NCBI GenBank assembly: GCA_963555995.3
Contig: OY821641.1
Coordinates: 864,001-928,000 of the forward strand
Length of the DNA: 64,000 bases
Reading direction: 5' to 3'
Source: Vicinamibacteria bacterium
Lineage (GTDB): Bacteria > Acidobacteriota > Vicinamibacteria > Marinacidobacterales > Marinacidobacteraceae
In this document: piece by piece, positions 40,628 to 51,055 of the stretch
Position numbering within the stretch: position 1 is the stretch's first letter
Layout of the letters: each line of letters opens with the position of its first letter
The notes under the pieces: model-generated
What the model was told of the DNA's origin: nothing
The model's database searches: none
What the model saw: the letters and a program-made list of their open reading frames with translations, nothing else
Translations under genes and position numbers: made by a program

Positions 40628-40949
40628 TGGAGCGCCGGCTTCAGCCGGCACAGCCCGCCGGAGGCGGGCGGCGGGAAGGACCTCATCTGCGGTGATGGCG
40701 CGAAGGCCGGGAACGCCGGCTTCAGCCGGCACAGCCTGCCGGAGGCAGGCGGCGGGAAGGACCTCATCTGCCGTGATGGCACGAAGGCCTGGAACGCCGG
40801 TCTCCAGACCGGCACCCGCTGCGCGAAGCGCAGCGGACTGCACGACGCCGATCCGCGCAAAGGCGTTCGACTCTCGGTCCATCACGGCAAACAGCAACAC
40901 GACATCCGCGGCCCGGCGGGCCGCTGTGCCGGCTGAAGCCGGCGCTCCA
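40628..40949. repeat. Tandem ~81-bp REP units plus a REPIN (40790-40949)
   Basis: GGARCGCCGGCTTCAGCCGGC twice, GGAACGCCGGTCTCCAGACCGGC, and a closing GCCGGCTGAAGCCGGCGCTCCA. Confidence 0.8.
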
Positions 40950-41026
40950 AGCCGGGGTCAACACCGACGCTCCTCCTCCCCATTGGTACGATTCCACCAC
41001 TCCACACCCCCGAAGGGAGCGACTCC

Positions 41027-41599
41027 TTGGCCAACACCTACGCGACGAACGAGTTCCGCAGCGGGCTGAAGGTCCTGCTCGATTCCGATCCGTGCGTCCT
41101 GCTCGACTGCGAGTTCGTGAAGCCCGGCAAGGGGCAGGCGTTCACCCGCATCCGCTACCGGAACCTCAAGACCGGCCGGGTCCTCGACAAGACCTTCAAG
41201 TCGGGCGAGAAGGTGGAAGCGGCCGACGTGCTGGACACCGAGATGGAGTTCCTCTACAGCGACGGCGGCGACTGGCACTTCATGGACCCGAACACCTACG
41301 AGCAGTACTCGGCCAGCCGGGAATCGCTCGGCGGTCACGAGAAGTGGCTGCTCCAGGGCATGAGCTGCGGCATCACCCTCTACAACGACGCCATCCTGCT
41401 CGTCCACCCGCCGCACTTCGTGGACCTCAAGGTGGTGGAGACCGAACCGGGGATCCGGGGCGACACCGCCACCGGAGGCTCCAAGAATGCCACGCTCGAA
41501 ACGGGAGCGGTGGTCCGCGTTCCGCTGTTCATCGAGGTGGACGAGACGCTCCGCCTCGACACCCGCACCGGCGAGTACGTCTCCCGGGTAAAGAACTGA
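41027..41599 (+). CDS. efp: Elongation factor P
   Basis: [20 protein letters not shown] and [14 protein letters not shown]...[10 protein letters not shown]. Confidence 0.97.
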   Translation: MANTYATNEFRSGLKVLLDSDPCVLLDCEFVKPGKGQAFTRIRYRNLKTGRVLDKTFKSGEKVEAADVLDTEMEFLYSDGGDWHFMDPNTYEQYSASRESLGGHEKWLLQGMSCGITLYNDAILLVHPPHFVDLKVVETEPGIRGDTATGGSKNATLETGAVVRVPLFIEVDETLRLDTRTGEYVSRVKN

Positions 41600-42543
41600 C
41601 CGGCGCGGACCGCACCGGCCGGGGCCCCTCCGCCCCCGTCGCGGCGCTCCGCGAGCGCGCCCGGCTGGTCGCCCGGCTGCGGGGCTTCCTGACCGCGCGC
41701 GGCTACCTGGAGGTGGAGACGCCCATCCTCGGGCCGCACGCCACGCCCGACCGGCACCTGGAGTCGGTCCCCGCGGCGGGCGGCTTCCTCCACACCTCGC
41801 CGGAGTTCCCCATGAAGCGCCTGCTGGCGGCGGGCAGCGGCCCCATCTTCCAGATCGTGAAGTGCTTCCGGGCCGGGGAGGCCGGCCGCCGGCACGCCGT
41901 CGAGTTCACGATGGCCGAGTGGTACCGCCTCGGCCCGCTCCCGGGACTGCTGTCGGAGATGGACCTCCTCCTCGGCGACCTGCTGGGAACGCCGCGCGCG
42001 GAGGTCCGCACCTACCGGGACCTCTTCCTCGCCGCGGTCGGCGCCGACCCCCTCGCGGCCCCCGACGAACGCCTGCTGACCCTCGCCGAGGCGCACGGCC
42101 ACCCGGGCCGGCCCGACGACCGCGCCGCCGCGCTCGATTTCCTGTTCACGCGGCTCGTCGAGCCCGGCCTGGGGGCCGAGGCGCCGGCCATCGTGACCCG
42201 GTTCCCGGCCCCCTTGGCGGCGCTCGCCCGGCTGAGCGACGACGACCCCCGCACCGCGGAGCGCTTCGAGGTCTTCCGGGCCGGACTCGAGCTCGCGAAC
42301 GGCTACGACGAGCTCCAGGACCCGGCGGAGCACCGCCGCCGCTTCGCCGCCGAGAACGAGGCCCGCGCCCGCCTCGGCAAGCCCCCCGCCGCCCCGGACG
42401 AACGTTTCCTGGCGTCCCTTGAAGCGCCCGGCCTGCCCCGCGCCTCTGGCGTCGCCCTCGGCGTGGACCGGCTGGTGATGGCGGCGCTCGGCGCGTCGCG
42501 GCTCGACGAGGTGGTCTCCTTCCGCGAGACGCCCGGCCGCTGA
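41596..42543 (+). CDS. epmA: EF-P lysine aminoacylase EpmA/GenX (probable non-canonical CTG start)
   Basis: RA.L...LR.F....[37 protein letters not shown]....[10 protein letters not shown] and GVALGVDRL; lacks an anticodon domain; directly follows efp. Confidence 0.92.
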   Translation: MTGADRTGRGPSAPVAALRERARLVARLRGFLTARGYLEVETPILGPHATPDRHLESVPAAGGFLHTSPEFPMKRLLAAGSGPIFQIVKCFRAGEAGRRHAVEFTMAEWYRLGPLPGLLSEMDLLLGDLLGTPRAEVRTYRDLFLAAVGADPLAAPDERLLTLAEAHGHPGRPDDRAAALDFLFTRLVEPGLGAEAPAIVTRFPAPLAALARLSDDDPRTAERFEVFRAGLELANGYDELQDPAEHRRRFAAENEARARLGKPPAAPDERFLASLEAPGLPRASGVALGVDRLVMAALGASRLDEVVSFRETPGR

Positions 42544-42609
42544 ATCCAACCCCCCCTGGTCCCGCGCGCCCCGGTACACTGACGGGCTGTTTCCCGGAGG
42601 GACCTCTCG

Positions 42610-45600
42610 ATGCACACTGGACGATTTCTTCGCACTTCGGCGGCCGCCGCCATGGCCGTCCTGCTCGCCGCGCCGCTCGCGCTCGGGCAGGGGAGCCATC
42701 GCGACTACGACGAGCACTTCGATGAAGCGAACGTCACGGTTCCGCCGGAGTACACCGAGGACATGCGGTTCCGCTCCGTCGGTTTCACCCGCGGCGGGCG
42801 CTCCACCGCGGCGACGGGAGTTCCGGGCGATCCGCTGACCTACTACTTCGGCGGCACCGGGGGCGGCGTCTTCAAGACGACCGACGCGGGGATCAACTGG
42901 ACGAACGTGAGCGACGGCTTCTTCGGCGTGGGCTCGGTGGGCTCCATCCGGGTGGCCCCCTCGGACACCAACGTCATCTACGTGGGCACCGGCTCCACCT
43001 CCACCCGGGGGAACATCTCGGTCGGGGACGGCATGTACCGCTCCGACGACGCGGGCCGGACCTGGGAGCACATCGGACTCCGGCACGCCGGCCAGATCGG
43101 CGCCCTCGCGATCCACCCGGAGGATTCCGACCTCGTGTACGCGGCGGCGCTCGGCTACATCTTCGGCCCCAACGACGAGCGCGGCATCTACCGGACGAAG
43201 GACGGCGGCGAGACCTGGGAGCAGGTGCTCCACATCTCCGACCGCACCGGTTTCGTGGAGATCCAGATGGATCCCAACAACCCGCGCATCCTCTACGCGG
43301 GCGCCTGGCGCGCCGAGCGGAAGCCGTGGACCATGATCTCGGGCAGCGAGGACGGCGGGATCTTCCGCAGCCGCGATGGCGGGGACACCTGGGAGCGGGT
43401 CGAGAACGGGCTTCCCACCGGCATGATCGGGAAGACCGCGGTCGCCATTTCGGCGGCGAACTCGGACCGCGTCTGGGTTCTCCTCGAAGCCGAAGGGGAG
43501 CGCGGCGGGCTGTACCGCTCGGACGACGGCGGCGAATCGTTCACCCGGATCAACGGCGACGCGGCCCTCCGGCAGCGTCCCTGGTACTACATCCACCTCT
43601 ACGCCGACACCCACGACGAGAACACCGTGTACGTGCTGAACGTGGCCTTCCACAAGTCCATTGACGGGGGACGGACGTTCCCCGAGCGCATCCGGGTGCC
43701 GCACGGCGACAACCACGATCTCTGGATCAACCCGGACAACCCGATGAACATGATCAACGCCAACGACGGCGGCGCCAACGTGTCGTTCGACGGCGGAAAG
43801 AGCTGGACCGACCAGATGGGGCAGGAGACCTCCGAGATGTACCGGGTGTACGTGGACGACCAGTGGCCCTACCGGATCTACGGTTCGCAGCAGGACAACA
43901 GCACCATCTCGGTGCCGTCCCGCGGCGGCTTCAGCGTGACGCCGGACTGGTACCAGGTCGGCGGCTGCGAGAGCGGCCACATCGCGGTGGACCCGCGCGA
44001 CCCGGACATCATCTACGCGGGCTGCTACGGCGGCTCCATCACCCGGGTGAACCGGAAGACAGGCGAGTTCCGGCAGATCCTCCACTACCCGCAGCTCCAG
44101 CTCGGCCAGGCGGCGCGGGACCTCAACTACCGCTTCCAGTGGAACGCGCCGATCCGGCTGTCGCCCCACGACCCGGACATCCTCTACCACGCCTCGCAGG
44201 TGGTCCACATGTCCCGCGACCAGGGCCAGAGCTGGCGGGTGATCAGCCCCGACCTGACCACCAACAACCCCGAGCACCAGGACTACGCCGGGGGGCCGAT
44301 CACCCGCGACGGCACCGGCGTCGAGGTCTACAACACCCTCTTCTCGTTCGAGGAGTCGCCCCACACGCCCGCCGAGCTGTGGGCGGGCAGCGACGACGGC
44401 CGCGTCCACATCTCGCGTGACCGCGGCGACACGTGGACCGAGATCACCCCCGCGGACATGCCCGAAGGGGGCACCGTCAACGTCATCGAGATGTCCTCGC
44501 ACGACCCCGCGCGGGTGTTCATCGCGGTGTACCGCTACCGGGAGAATGACTTCCGGCCCTACATCTTCCGGACGAACGACTCCGGCGCGAGCTGGGACCT
44601 GCTGACCGACGGCACGAACGGCATCCCGCCGACGCACTTCACCCGCGCCATCCGCGAGGACCACGACAAGAAGGGACTGCTCTACGCGGGGACCGAGTTC
44701 GGGCTCTACGTCTCCTTCGACGACGGCGTCCACTGGCAGCGCTTCCAGAACAACCTCCCAATCAGCCCGATCACCGACCTGCAGGTGCACCGCAAGGACC
44801 TGGTGATCGCGACCCAGGGCCGGTCCTTCTGGGTGCTCGACGACCTCAGCCCGCTCCACCAGATCACCGACGAGACGATGGCCGCGGACTCCGTCCTCTA
44901 CGCCCCCCGCACCGCCTACCGGGGCGGCTTCGGCGGCGGCGCCGACATCCGGTACCACCTCAAGGAGCAACCCGAGTCGGCCATCACCCTCGAGATCCTG
45001 GACTCCGACGGCAACCCGGTGCGCAAGGTCACCGGCCAACCCGGCGCGGCGGCCCCGACTGGTCCCGTCTCCCCCTTCGCGGCCTTCTTCGGCGGCGGCC
45101 CGGGCGCCCGGCTCCCGGCCGCGGCGGGGCTCAACGCGTTCCGCTGGAACCTGCGCAGCGAGGGCATCCAGCGCCCCGCCGGCGTCGTCCACTGGGGCGG
45201 CACCCCGGGCCTCTCGGTCCTCCCGGGCGCCTACGAGGTCCGGCTGACCGTCGGCGAGGAGACCCACACCCAGCCGCTCGAAGTGGCGCTCAACCCGAAC
45301 CTCTCCTCCACCGCCGAGGACCTCGCGAAACAGCGCGAGCTCGGCGAGACCGTCGCCGGCGAGATCACCAAGCTCTTCGACGCGCTCACCCGGCTCCGCG
45401 ACGTCAAGACCCAGGCCGGAGACATCGTCGGCCGCCTCACGAAGGCCGGGAAGGCCGACGAAGAGCTCGGCGCCCTCAGCAAGGCGCTCACCGACCGCCT
45501 CACCGAGATCGAGGAGACCATCACCCAGACGAACAGCAAGTCCTCCCAGGACCCGATCAACTTCCCCCCGCAGATTGACAACCAGCTGGTCACCCTCTAC

Positions 45601-45789
45601 GGCTACATCGTCCAGGGCGACTACGAACCCACCGCCGGCGCCTACGAACGCTTCGACGACCTCAAGCCCGGCCTCGACGCCATCCACACCGACCTCGAAG
45701 CCGCCATGACCGAACACCTCACCCCCTTCAACGCCCGCGTAGCCACCCTCGGCATCCCCGCCGTCCTAGTCGCCACCGAGGAGAACTGA
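42610..45789 (+). CDS. Secreted VPS10/BNR (Asp-box) beta-propeller glycosyl hydrolase-like protein
   Basis: Signal peptide and many S/T.DGG.TW Asp boxes; GG.WK-like, H.D.H.LWI.P and Y..Y...QDN motifs. Confidence 0.85.
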   Translation: MHTGRFLRTSAAAAMAVLLAAPLALGQGSHRDYDEHFDEANVTVPPEYTEDMRFRSVGFTRGGRSTAATGVPGDPLTYYFGGTGGGVFKTTDAGINWTNVSDGFFGVGSVGSIRVAPSDTNVIYVGTGSTSTRGNISVGDGMYRSDDAGRTWEHIGLRHAGQIGALAIHPEDSDLVYAAALGYIFGPNDERGIYRTKDGGETWEQVLHISDRTGFVEIQMDPNNPRILYAGAWRAERKPWTMISGSEDGGIFRSRDGGDTWERVENGLPTGMIGKTAVAISAANSDRVWVLLEAEGERGGLYRSDDGGESFTRINGDAALRQRPWYYIHLYADTHDENTVYVLNVAFHKSIDGGRTFPERIRVPHGDNHDLWINPDNPMNMINANDGGANVSFDGGKSWTDQMGQETSEMYRVYVDDQWPYRIYGSQQDNSTISVPSRGGFSVTPDWYQVGGCESGHIAVDPRDPDIIYAGCYGGSITRVNRKTGEFRQILHYPQLQLGQAARDLNYRFQWNAPIRLSPHDPDILYHASQVVHMSRDQGQSWRVISPDLTTNNPEHQDYAGGPITRDGTGVEVYNTLFSFEESPHTPAELWAGSDDGRVHISRDRGDTWTEITPADMPEGGTVNVIEMSSHDPARVFIAVYRYRENDFRPYIFRTNDSGASWDLLTDGTNGIPPTHFTRAIREDHDKKGLLYAGTEFGLYVSFDDGVHWQRFQNNLPISPITDLQVHRKDLVIATQGRSFWVLDDLSPLHQITDETMAADSVLYAPRTAYRGGFGGGADIRYHLKEQPESAITLEILDSDGNPVRKVTGQPGAAAPTGPVSPFAAFFGGGPGARLPAAAGLNAFRWNLRSEGIQRPAGVVHWGGTPGLSVLPGAYEVRLTVGEETHTQPLEVALNPNLSSTAEDLAKQRELGETVAGEITKLFDALTRLRDVKTQAGDIVGRLTKAGKADEELGALSKALTDRLTEIEETITQTNSKSSQDPINFPPQIDNQLVTLYGYIVQGDYEPTAGAYERFDDLKPGLDAIHTDLEAAMTEHLTPFNARVATLGIPAVLVATEEN

Positions 45790-45835
45790 CCCACAGTGCC
45801 CCCGCAGCGCCGTGAGTGAAGAAGGACGCGCCGGC

Positions 45836-46110
45836 TTGGAACGCCGGCTTCAGCCGGCATCGTCCCGCGCCAGCGGGGCGACCGCGTCGCGGTTGGCTGT
45901 CCGGCCCCGCGACGAGACAGCTTGGAGCGCCGACCTCCGGTCGGCATCGCGCGGAAGCGCGAAACAGGAGGAACCACTCCGGAGTTCGGTCCTTCCCGCC
46001 GCCCGCCTTCGGCGGGCTGTGCCGACCGGAGGTCGGCGTTCCAAGCCGGCAGCGCCATCACGGCGCTCGGCCGACCCGCGGGACTGCACTTACACAGCAA
46101 ACCTGCGCCA
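45836..46110. repeat. REP cluster (GCCGGCTTCAGCCGGC and GCCGACCTCCGGTCGGC hairpins)
   Basis: TGGAACGCCGGCTTCAGCCGGC at ~45838; inverted pair TGGAGCGCCGACCTCCGGTCGGC / GCCGACCGGAGGTCGGCGTTCCA at ~45923-46043. Confidence 0.75.
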
Positions 46111-46176
46111 TGGTGCTGCGCGATGCCCGGTTGGGGCGGCCGGGGAGACGGAGCCGATGACCCGAGGAGTCGAAGA

Positions 46177-46572
46177 ATGGACGATTTAATCGCTGCCATC
46201 GTGGATGTGCGCGACAAGCTCCGCCGGGGCGTGTTTTCCAACGAAGATCAGGTATCGAAGGGAGTGGTCATGCGACTGCTTCAGCAACTCGGCTGGGATG
46301 TCTACGACCCGACCCAAGTGAGTTCCGAGTTCAAGATTGGCAACAGGAAGGTGGATTACGCCTTGAGGCACGGACCCTTGGGATCCGCCGTTCTGATTGA
46401 GGTCAAGGATGTGGGCAAAGCAACCCCGGCGGGCGAAGATCAGCTCTTTGACTACTGCTTCCGCGAAGGTGTCCCACTGGCGGTGTTGACCGATGGTGGC
46501 GTGTGGAACTTCTACCGGTCGGCTGGCCGGGGCAGCTACGAGCAGAGGCGCTTCGCCGTAACGGCCCTAGAG
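46177..46572 (+). pseudogene. HsdR_N-like PD-(D/E)xK nuclease, 5' part, interrupted by IS256
   Basis: NE..V...V...LL..LGW, EF....RKVDYAL, LIEVK, QLF.Y and LTDG..W.FY; the reading frame runs into the IS end. Confidence 0.8.
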
Positions 46573-47963
46573 GAGAGCTATGTCCGAAAGTGGGTGACGG
46601 CATGATCAGGCGGCGGCGCGGGTTTCGGTTTCGTCGGCCTGGATGCCGTCGGTGAACTGGACGCCCTCGATGACCTGGGTCAGTTTGTCGTAGCCGTTGA
46701 GCCGACGCCAGGTTTCGCTGGCGGCGGTGACCAGCTTGAAGACCATCGCCAGCGCGGTTCGGTGGGAGAGGCATCCCTTGCTGCGAACGGTGCGATGGCG
46801 GACGGTGGCGAACACGCTCTCGATGGGGTTGGTGGTGCGGATGTGCTGCCAGTGCTCGGCGGGGAAGTCGTAGAACGCGAGCAGCGCCTCCTGGTCCTTG
46901 GTCAGGCAACGAACGGCTTCCCCGTATTTCGCCTGGTATTTGGCGGCGAAGGTGTCGAGCGCCTTCTCCGCCTTCTTGCGGCTCTCCGCCATCCAGATCT
47001 GGTGGAGGTCCTGCTTCGCGTTGCGTTGCCGGGACTTGGGCAACTTGTTCAGCACGTTCGCCGTCTTGTGGACCCAGCAGCGCTGCCGGCGGGTCTTGGG
47101 GAAGACCTCGTCCAGCGCCTTCCAGAAGCCCAGCGCACCATCCCCGATCGCCAGCTCCGGGGAGACTTCGAGGCCGCGCCCACGCAGGTCCACCAGTAGC
47201 TCCCGCCAACTCTGGGCGCTCTCCCGGAACCCGGCCTGGAACCCCAACAGTTCCTTCTTGCCCTCCGGGGTGGCGCCGATGAGCACCAGAACGCACTGCT
47301 TCTCGTCTTCCAGCCGGCCCTGCAGGTAGATCCCGTCCGCCCAGACGTAGACATACCGCCGACCCGAGAGATCCCGCCCCCGCCAGCGCTCGTGCTCCGC
47401 CTCCCATGCCGACTTCAGCCGGCCGATCACCCCCGGCGACAGCCCCGATGCCCCCGAGCCCAACAGCTCCGACAGCGCCTCCCCGAAGTCCCCGCTCGAA
47501 ACCCCCAGCAGATACAGCGTCGGCAGCGCCGCGTCCAGCGAGCGCGTCCGCCGCGCGAACCGCGGCAGAAGCCTCGACGAGAACCGAATCCGGTCCTCCC
47601 CGCTGTCCCCGCGATCCCGGACCTTCGGCCGCCGCACCGGAACCGGCCCGATCCCCGTCAGGATCGTCCGCTCCGGGCCGTGGCCGTGACGCACCAGACG
47701 CCGAACTCCGGTTGCCGTCCGATGATCCTCGTACGCCGCCAGCAGGGCAGCCACCTCCGCCTCCACGGCGTGCCGCACCAACTCGCGGGCGCCCGCTCGA
47801 AGAACCTCCGTCAGCGGGTCCTCAACCCCCTCTGGCGAGGGAAGGCGAACAACAGTACTCTCCTTCATGGCGTATCACTCCTCCTTGGAGATGTGGAAGG
47901 TCAGCAACCCCCACGATACGCCACCCCCTTCTCAGCCGTCACCCACTTTCGGACATAGCTCCC
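46573..47963 (-). mobile_element. IS256-family insertion sequence
   Basis: About 29-bp terminal inverted repeats (GAGAGCTATGTCCGAAAGTGGGTGACGGC / GCCGTCACCCACTTTCGGACATAGCTCCC) enclosing the transposase. No target duplication is visible. Confidence 0.92.
46606..47868 (-). CDS. IS256 (Mutator-type) DDE transposase
   Basis: YVYVWADG, GFRES..SW, IGDGALGFW, QRCWVHK, F.DFPAEHW.HIRTTNPIES. Confidence 0.96.
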   Translation of the reverse strand: MKESTVVRLPSPEGVEDPLTEVLRAGARELVRHAVEAEVAALLAAYEDHRTATGVRRLVRHGHGPERTILTGIGPVPVRRPKVRDRGDSGEDRIRFSSRLLPRFARRTRSLDAALPTLYLLGVSSGDFGEALSELLGSGASGLSPGVIGRLKSAWEAEHERWRGRDLSGRRYVYVWADGIYLQGRLEDEKQCVLVLIGATPEGKKELLGFQAGFRESAQSWRELLVDLRGRGLEVSPELAIGDGALGFWKALDEVFPKTRRQRCWVHKTANVLNKLPKSRQRNAKQDLHQIWMAESRKKAEKALDTFAAKYQAKYGEAVRCLTKDQEALLAFYDFPAEHWQHIRTTNPIESVFATVRHRTVRSKGCLSHRTALAMVFKLVTAASETWRRLNGYDKLTQVIEGVQFTDGIQADETETRAAA

Positions 47964-48618
47964 ATCACGGTGCGCCGAGACGCTGAGCCGCTATCTCGCT
48001 TTCGAGGCTGTTCGGTCGGGTCAGTTCGAGAAAGACGTGCAGGGTGACTACGAGGGGCACCAGCGTCAGATCGTGGCGAAGGAACAGATTCCGGACGTGT
48101 TCCGACTGTTGATCGAAGGGGCGGACGTACGCGTCGTTGCCGCAATTGCGGAGGAGGTGGAGGAGCACTGCGGTATTCGTCCGGAGGAGGAGACGGTTCG
48201 TCGCTATCTGCGGCGTGTGGTTCTGTCCAATCCGGAGCCGAGGCCCGTGCCAACACCACAACCCGGTCCTACGCTTGGTAAGCGTCCGGAACTGACCGTT
48301 GGTGGTGAGACGAAAACCTTCCGGACCAACCGGGAATGCCTGATTGAGGTCTTTGAGACTCTGGCGACACGTGATCCGACGTTTTGCGAGCGTTACAGCA
48401 CCAGACGCGTTCACGTGCGTCGACGTCGTCAAGACTTGTCGCCGAGGCAACAGAAATACGCGCAGCAACTCCGGAGTGGCTGGTGGATCGGGACAGGTGG
48501 CCAGATCGAAACGAAGTACCAGCAAGTGCGAACTGCCTGTGATGTGGCGGGGATCGAATACGAACGTGATCTGACGGTACTGTTCGTCAAGGGGCCGAAA
48601 TGGAGCCGTGCCCGTTGA
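47964..48618 (+). pseudogene. 3' part of the IS-interrupted nuclease gene (linker plus putative SeqA-C-like domain)
   Basis: Open frame from 47965 (SRCAETLSRYLAFEAVRSG...) to the stop at 48618; lower GC like the 5' part. Confidence 0.7.
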
Positions 48619-48745
48619 AGTGAATCCGGAGTAGCTTGCGCAACGCGGCGGCCTGCCGACTCCAAGGCCGCCTAGGCGTCACCACTGGTATTCGGCCCGC
48701 ACCTGAACACACGACCCGGAAGGAGATGAGGGGCAGGAGTGAGCG

Positions 48746-48925
48746 ATGAGCCCGCGCATCGCACGCCGGAGCGCGCCGGGGCGACTCGGAGCGATAGTCG
48801 GAACGCGCTTCGCGGCTGGCCGCGCCCTCCATCCGGACCTGATCCGGCCGCCCCGGGTCCAAGTTCGGCAATGTCTTCGGTATCGTCAGTCCCGCCACTG
48901 CCGCCTTCGAAACGGCCCCGACCGA
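48746..48925 (+). pseudogene. Frameshifted 5' remnant of the LD-carboxypeptidase gene
   Basis: 48833-48925 aligns by eye with 53266-53357 (PDLIRPPR...VFGIVSPATAAFET) with one extra base. Confidence 0.7.
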
Positions 48926-48985
48926 TTCGCGGCTCCCTCAATCCGGGGGCCGGTGTAGTGTCTTCCGCCGGAGAGGCCCCGCCAT

Positions 48986-49264
48986 TTGAGGAAATCAGAT
49001 TCGCCCGCGCAGACCGGCTCGGAACCGATTCCCGGGTCATTCCGTCCGGGTCGGCTCTTTGGGAGTACGTTGGATGGCGTGCGGGTCATTGCCTCGTTCG
49101 CCGTCAATCTCTTTGGTTCCGGCTCTCGGGGCCGGTACGAGTCCTGGTACCGGCCGACAAGCCTCGCCGGCGACTTCGAGCGCGTTGGCCAGGACTTCTG
49201 GGCGGCTATCGAAGCGAATGGCCCACGCGTTGAAGAAGTTGAAGAAGAACAGAGGGTCCGGTAG
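48986..49264 (+). CDS. Small hypothetical protein (LAGDFERVGQDFW motif); start uncertain
   Basis: Plausible amphipathic helix and acidic tail; lower GC than the core genes. Confidence 0.45.
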   Translation: MRKSDSPAQTGSEPIPGSFRPGRLFGSTLDGVRVIASFAVNLFGSGSRGRYESWYRPTSLAGDFERVGQDFWAAIEANGPRVEEVEEEQRVR

Positions 49265-49375
49265 CGAGCGCCCACTCGCGCGAGAACCGTCGCCGGGTTC
49301 GTCCGTTGGGGTCGGCCCGGATCCTTCGGGCTCCACGATTGGCGATCCACCGCGCCGTTGATGTGGGGCGGGACC

Positions 49376-50401
49376 TCAGTCGGAGCGTCGCGCGCGGTAG
49401 GCCTGGTCGGGGTGGTTGGGGTTCTCCGGATACTTGAGGACCAACGCGCCCTCGTCCACCAGCACGCGGAGGTGGCGCTGGACGAGGCTCGGCTGGTGCA
49501 TCTGGAGCCAGCGCGCCAGGTCGGCGGCCGTGGTCCACTCGCGGAACTGGCAGATCTGCTGGATCAAGGGGTGCAGGACCTGCCGCGGTGTCCGCTGACC
49601 GAGTGCCAGCACGTTGGGTCGCAGAACCGGTGGCAAGCCTTCGAGGCGTGCTTCCCGTACGGCCCCGGGCGTCCTGGACTCCGCCTCGGCCGGGGCGGGG
49701 GAGCGTTCGGCCTTCTCCGGGGTGGGCGCCGGAACCGGAGCGCGCGGCTCCGGTTCGGAAGGCTCCTCCTCGGGAGGTTCCGGTGCGGGCTGCGGCGGCG
49801 GACGGCTGGGGACCTCCGGGCGGGGTGCGGGTTCTGGCGCGGGCTTCCGCGTTTCGGCGGTCGACGCTCTGCCGGCCGGGGGAAGGGGCTTCGCCGCCGG
49901 CTGGTCCTGTTCCCCCGAGTCGTCGCGGCTCTCCCGCTCGGGGAGGATGGACAGGGGCTCGTCGGCGTGGGAGCGGGGGCCGAAGAAGGAGAGGAACGTC
50001 CGCAGTACTCCGGCGCCCGCCTCCATCTGCGCGCCGATCCGTTTGCCGGCGTCCCCCGTCTCCTTGATCGCCTCCTGGGTTCTGGTGGACTTGCCCTCGG
50101 GGTCGCGGAACGCGCGCGCTCCGGCGGCGGTCCGGGCGCCCAGCGCCTGGAGCAGCGCGCCGACCCAGGCCAGCGCGCGGGCGAGGTGGCGGAGCGCCTT
50201 GACGGTCGGTTCGCGCTGCCTCTTGAGGAACGTCCACATCTTCGGGATGCGGGAGAACAGGAAGGGGACCCAGCTCCACGCTTGGCGGAGCCGGGGACGG
50301 GGTTTGCGAACCCAGGCGCGGATCGCCTCAAGACCGGGAGGTGGCTCCTCCGGCTCCTGAAACAGGCGGAAACGGGAGGGATCGTCGGCCACGGACTCCA
50401 T
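49376..50401 (-). CDS. Hypothetical protein: amphipathic N-terminus, Pro/Glu linker, C-terminal winged HTH (Fic-like C-terminal type)
   Basis: C-terminal I.QIC..REWTT..DLARWL......L...HLR.LVDEG.L.LKYPENPNHPDQAY pattern, recalled from the tails of Fic and AlbA/ATP-binding proteins. Confidence 0.65.
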   Translation of the reverse strand: MESVADDPSRFRLFQEPEEPPPGLEAIRAWVRKPRPRLRQAWSWVPFLFSRIPKMWTFLKRQREPTVKALRHLARALAWVGALLQALGARTAAGARAFRDPEGKSTRTQEAIKETGDAGKRIGAQMEAGAGVLRTFLSFFGPRSHADEPLSILPERESRDDSGEQDQPAAKPLPPAGRASTAETRKPAPEPAPRPEVPSRPPPQPAPEPPEEEPSEPEPRAPVPAPTPEKAERSPAPAEAESRTPGAVREARLEGLPPVLRPNVLALGQRTPRQVLHPLIQQICQFREWTTAADLARWLQMHQPSLVQRHLRVLVDEGALVLKYPENPNHPDQAYRARRSD

Positions 50402-50436
50402 GCGTCAGCGCGCCGTGGAATCGTACCGGTTGTCGA

Positions 50437-50921
50437 GGGAACTCCACGCACTAACCGACTCGGAGGGTGGGAAGTCCACGCATTACGGGGGTCTGTGGGC
50501 GGGGAACTCCATGCATTGGGAGAGCCGGTTGGCGGGAACTCCCAGCACTGGCCGGATCTGCGGACGGGAGGTCCACGCACTGCGGGGGTCTGTTGACCGG
50601 GGACTCCATGCAGTAGGAGAGCCGGTTGGCGGGAACTCCCAGCACTGGCCGGATCTGTGGGCGGGAGGTCCACGCACTGCGGGGGTCCGTTGGCGGGGGA
50701 CTCCATGCAGTAGGAGAGCCGGTTGGCGGGGACTCCCAGCACTGGCCGGGTCTGCGGGCGGGAAGTCCACGCACTGCGGGGGTCTGTTGGCGAGGGACTC
50801 CATGCAGTAGGAGAGCCGGTTGGCGGGAACTCCCAGCACTGGCCGGGTCTCCGGGCGGGAACTCCACGCACTACGAAGGTCTGCTGGTGGGGGACTCCAT
50901 GCATTAGGAGACTCGGTTGGC
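50437..50921. repeat. Tandem array of 15 units of 32/33 bp forming a 97-bp higher-order repeat (x5)
   Basis: Core GGGRACTCC(A/C)NGCA. Equivalent units start at 50437, 50534, 50631, 50728 and 50825. Confidence 0.92.
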
Positions 50922-51055
50922 GCAACGGGGAGCGAAACTCCCAGCGCTGATTTGTCGCGTGGTGGAACGCCGCGCTTAATGGGGCAACGCCACATGGCCA
51001 GCTGCCGAAAAAGAGTCCTGTGGTTCCGCCAGGGGCCGCGAGGGCGCCAGCGGCT

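Noticed and set aside
50437-50921. CRISPR array interpretation of the 32/33-bp repeats
   Set aside because: The variable parts are only ~17 bp and recur every third unit, the repeats are degenerate, and no cas genes are in the window.
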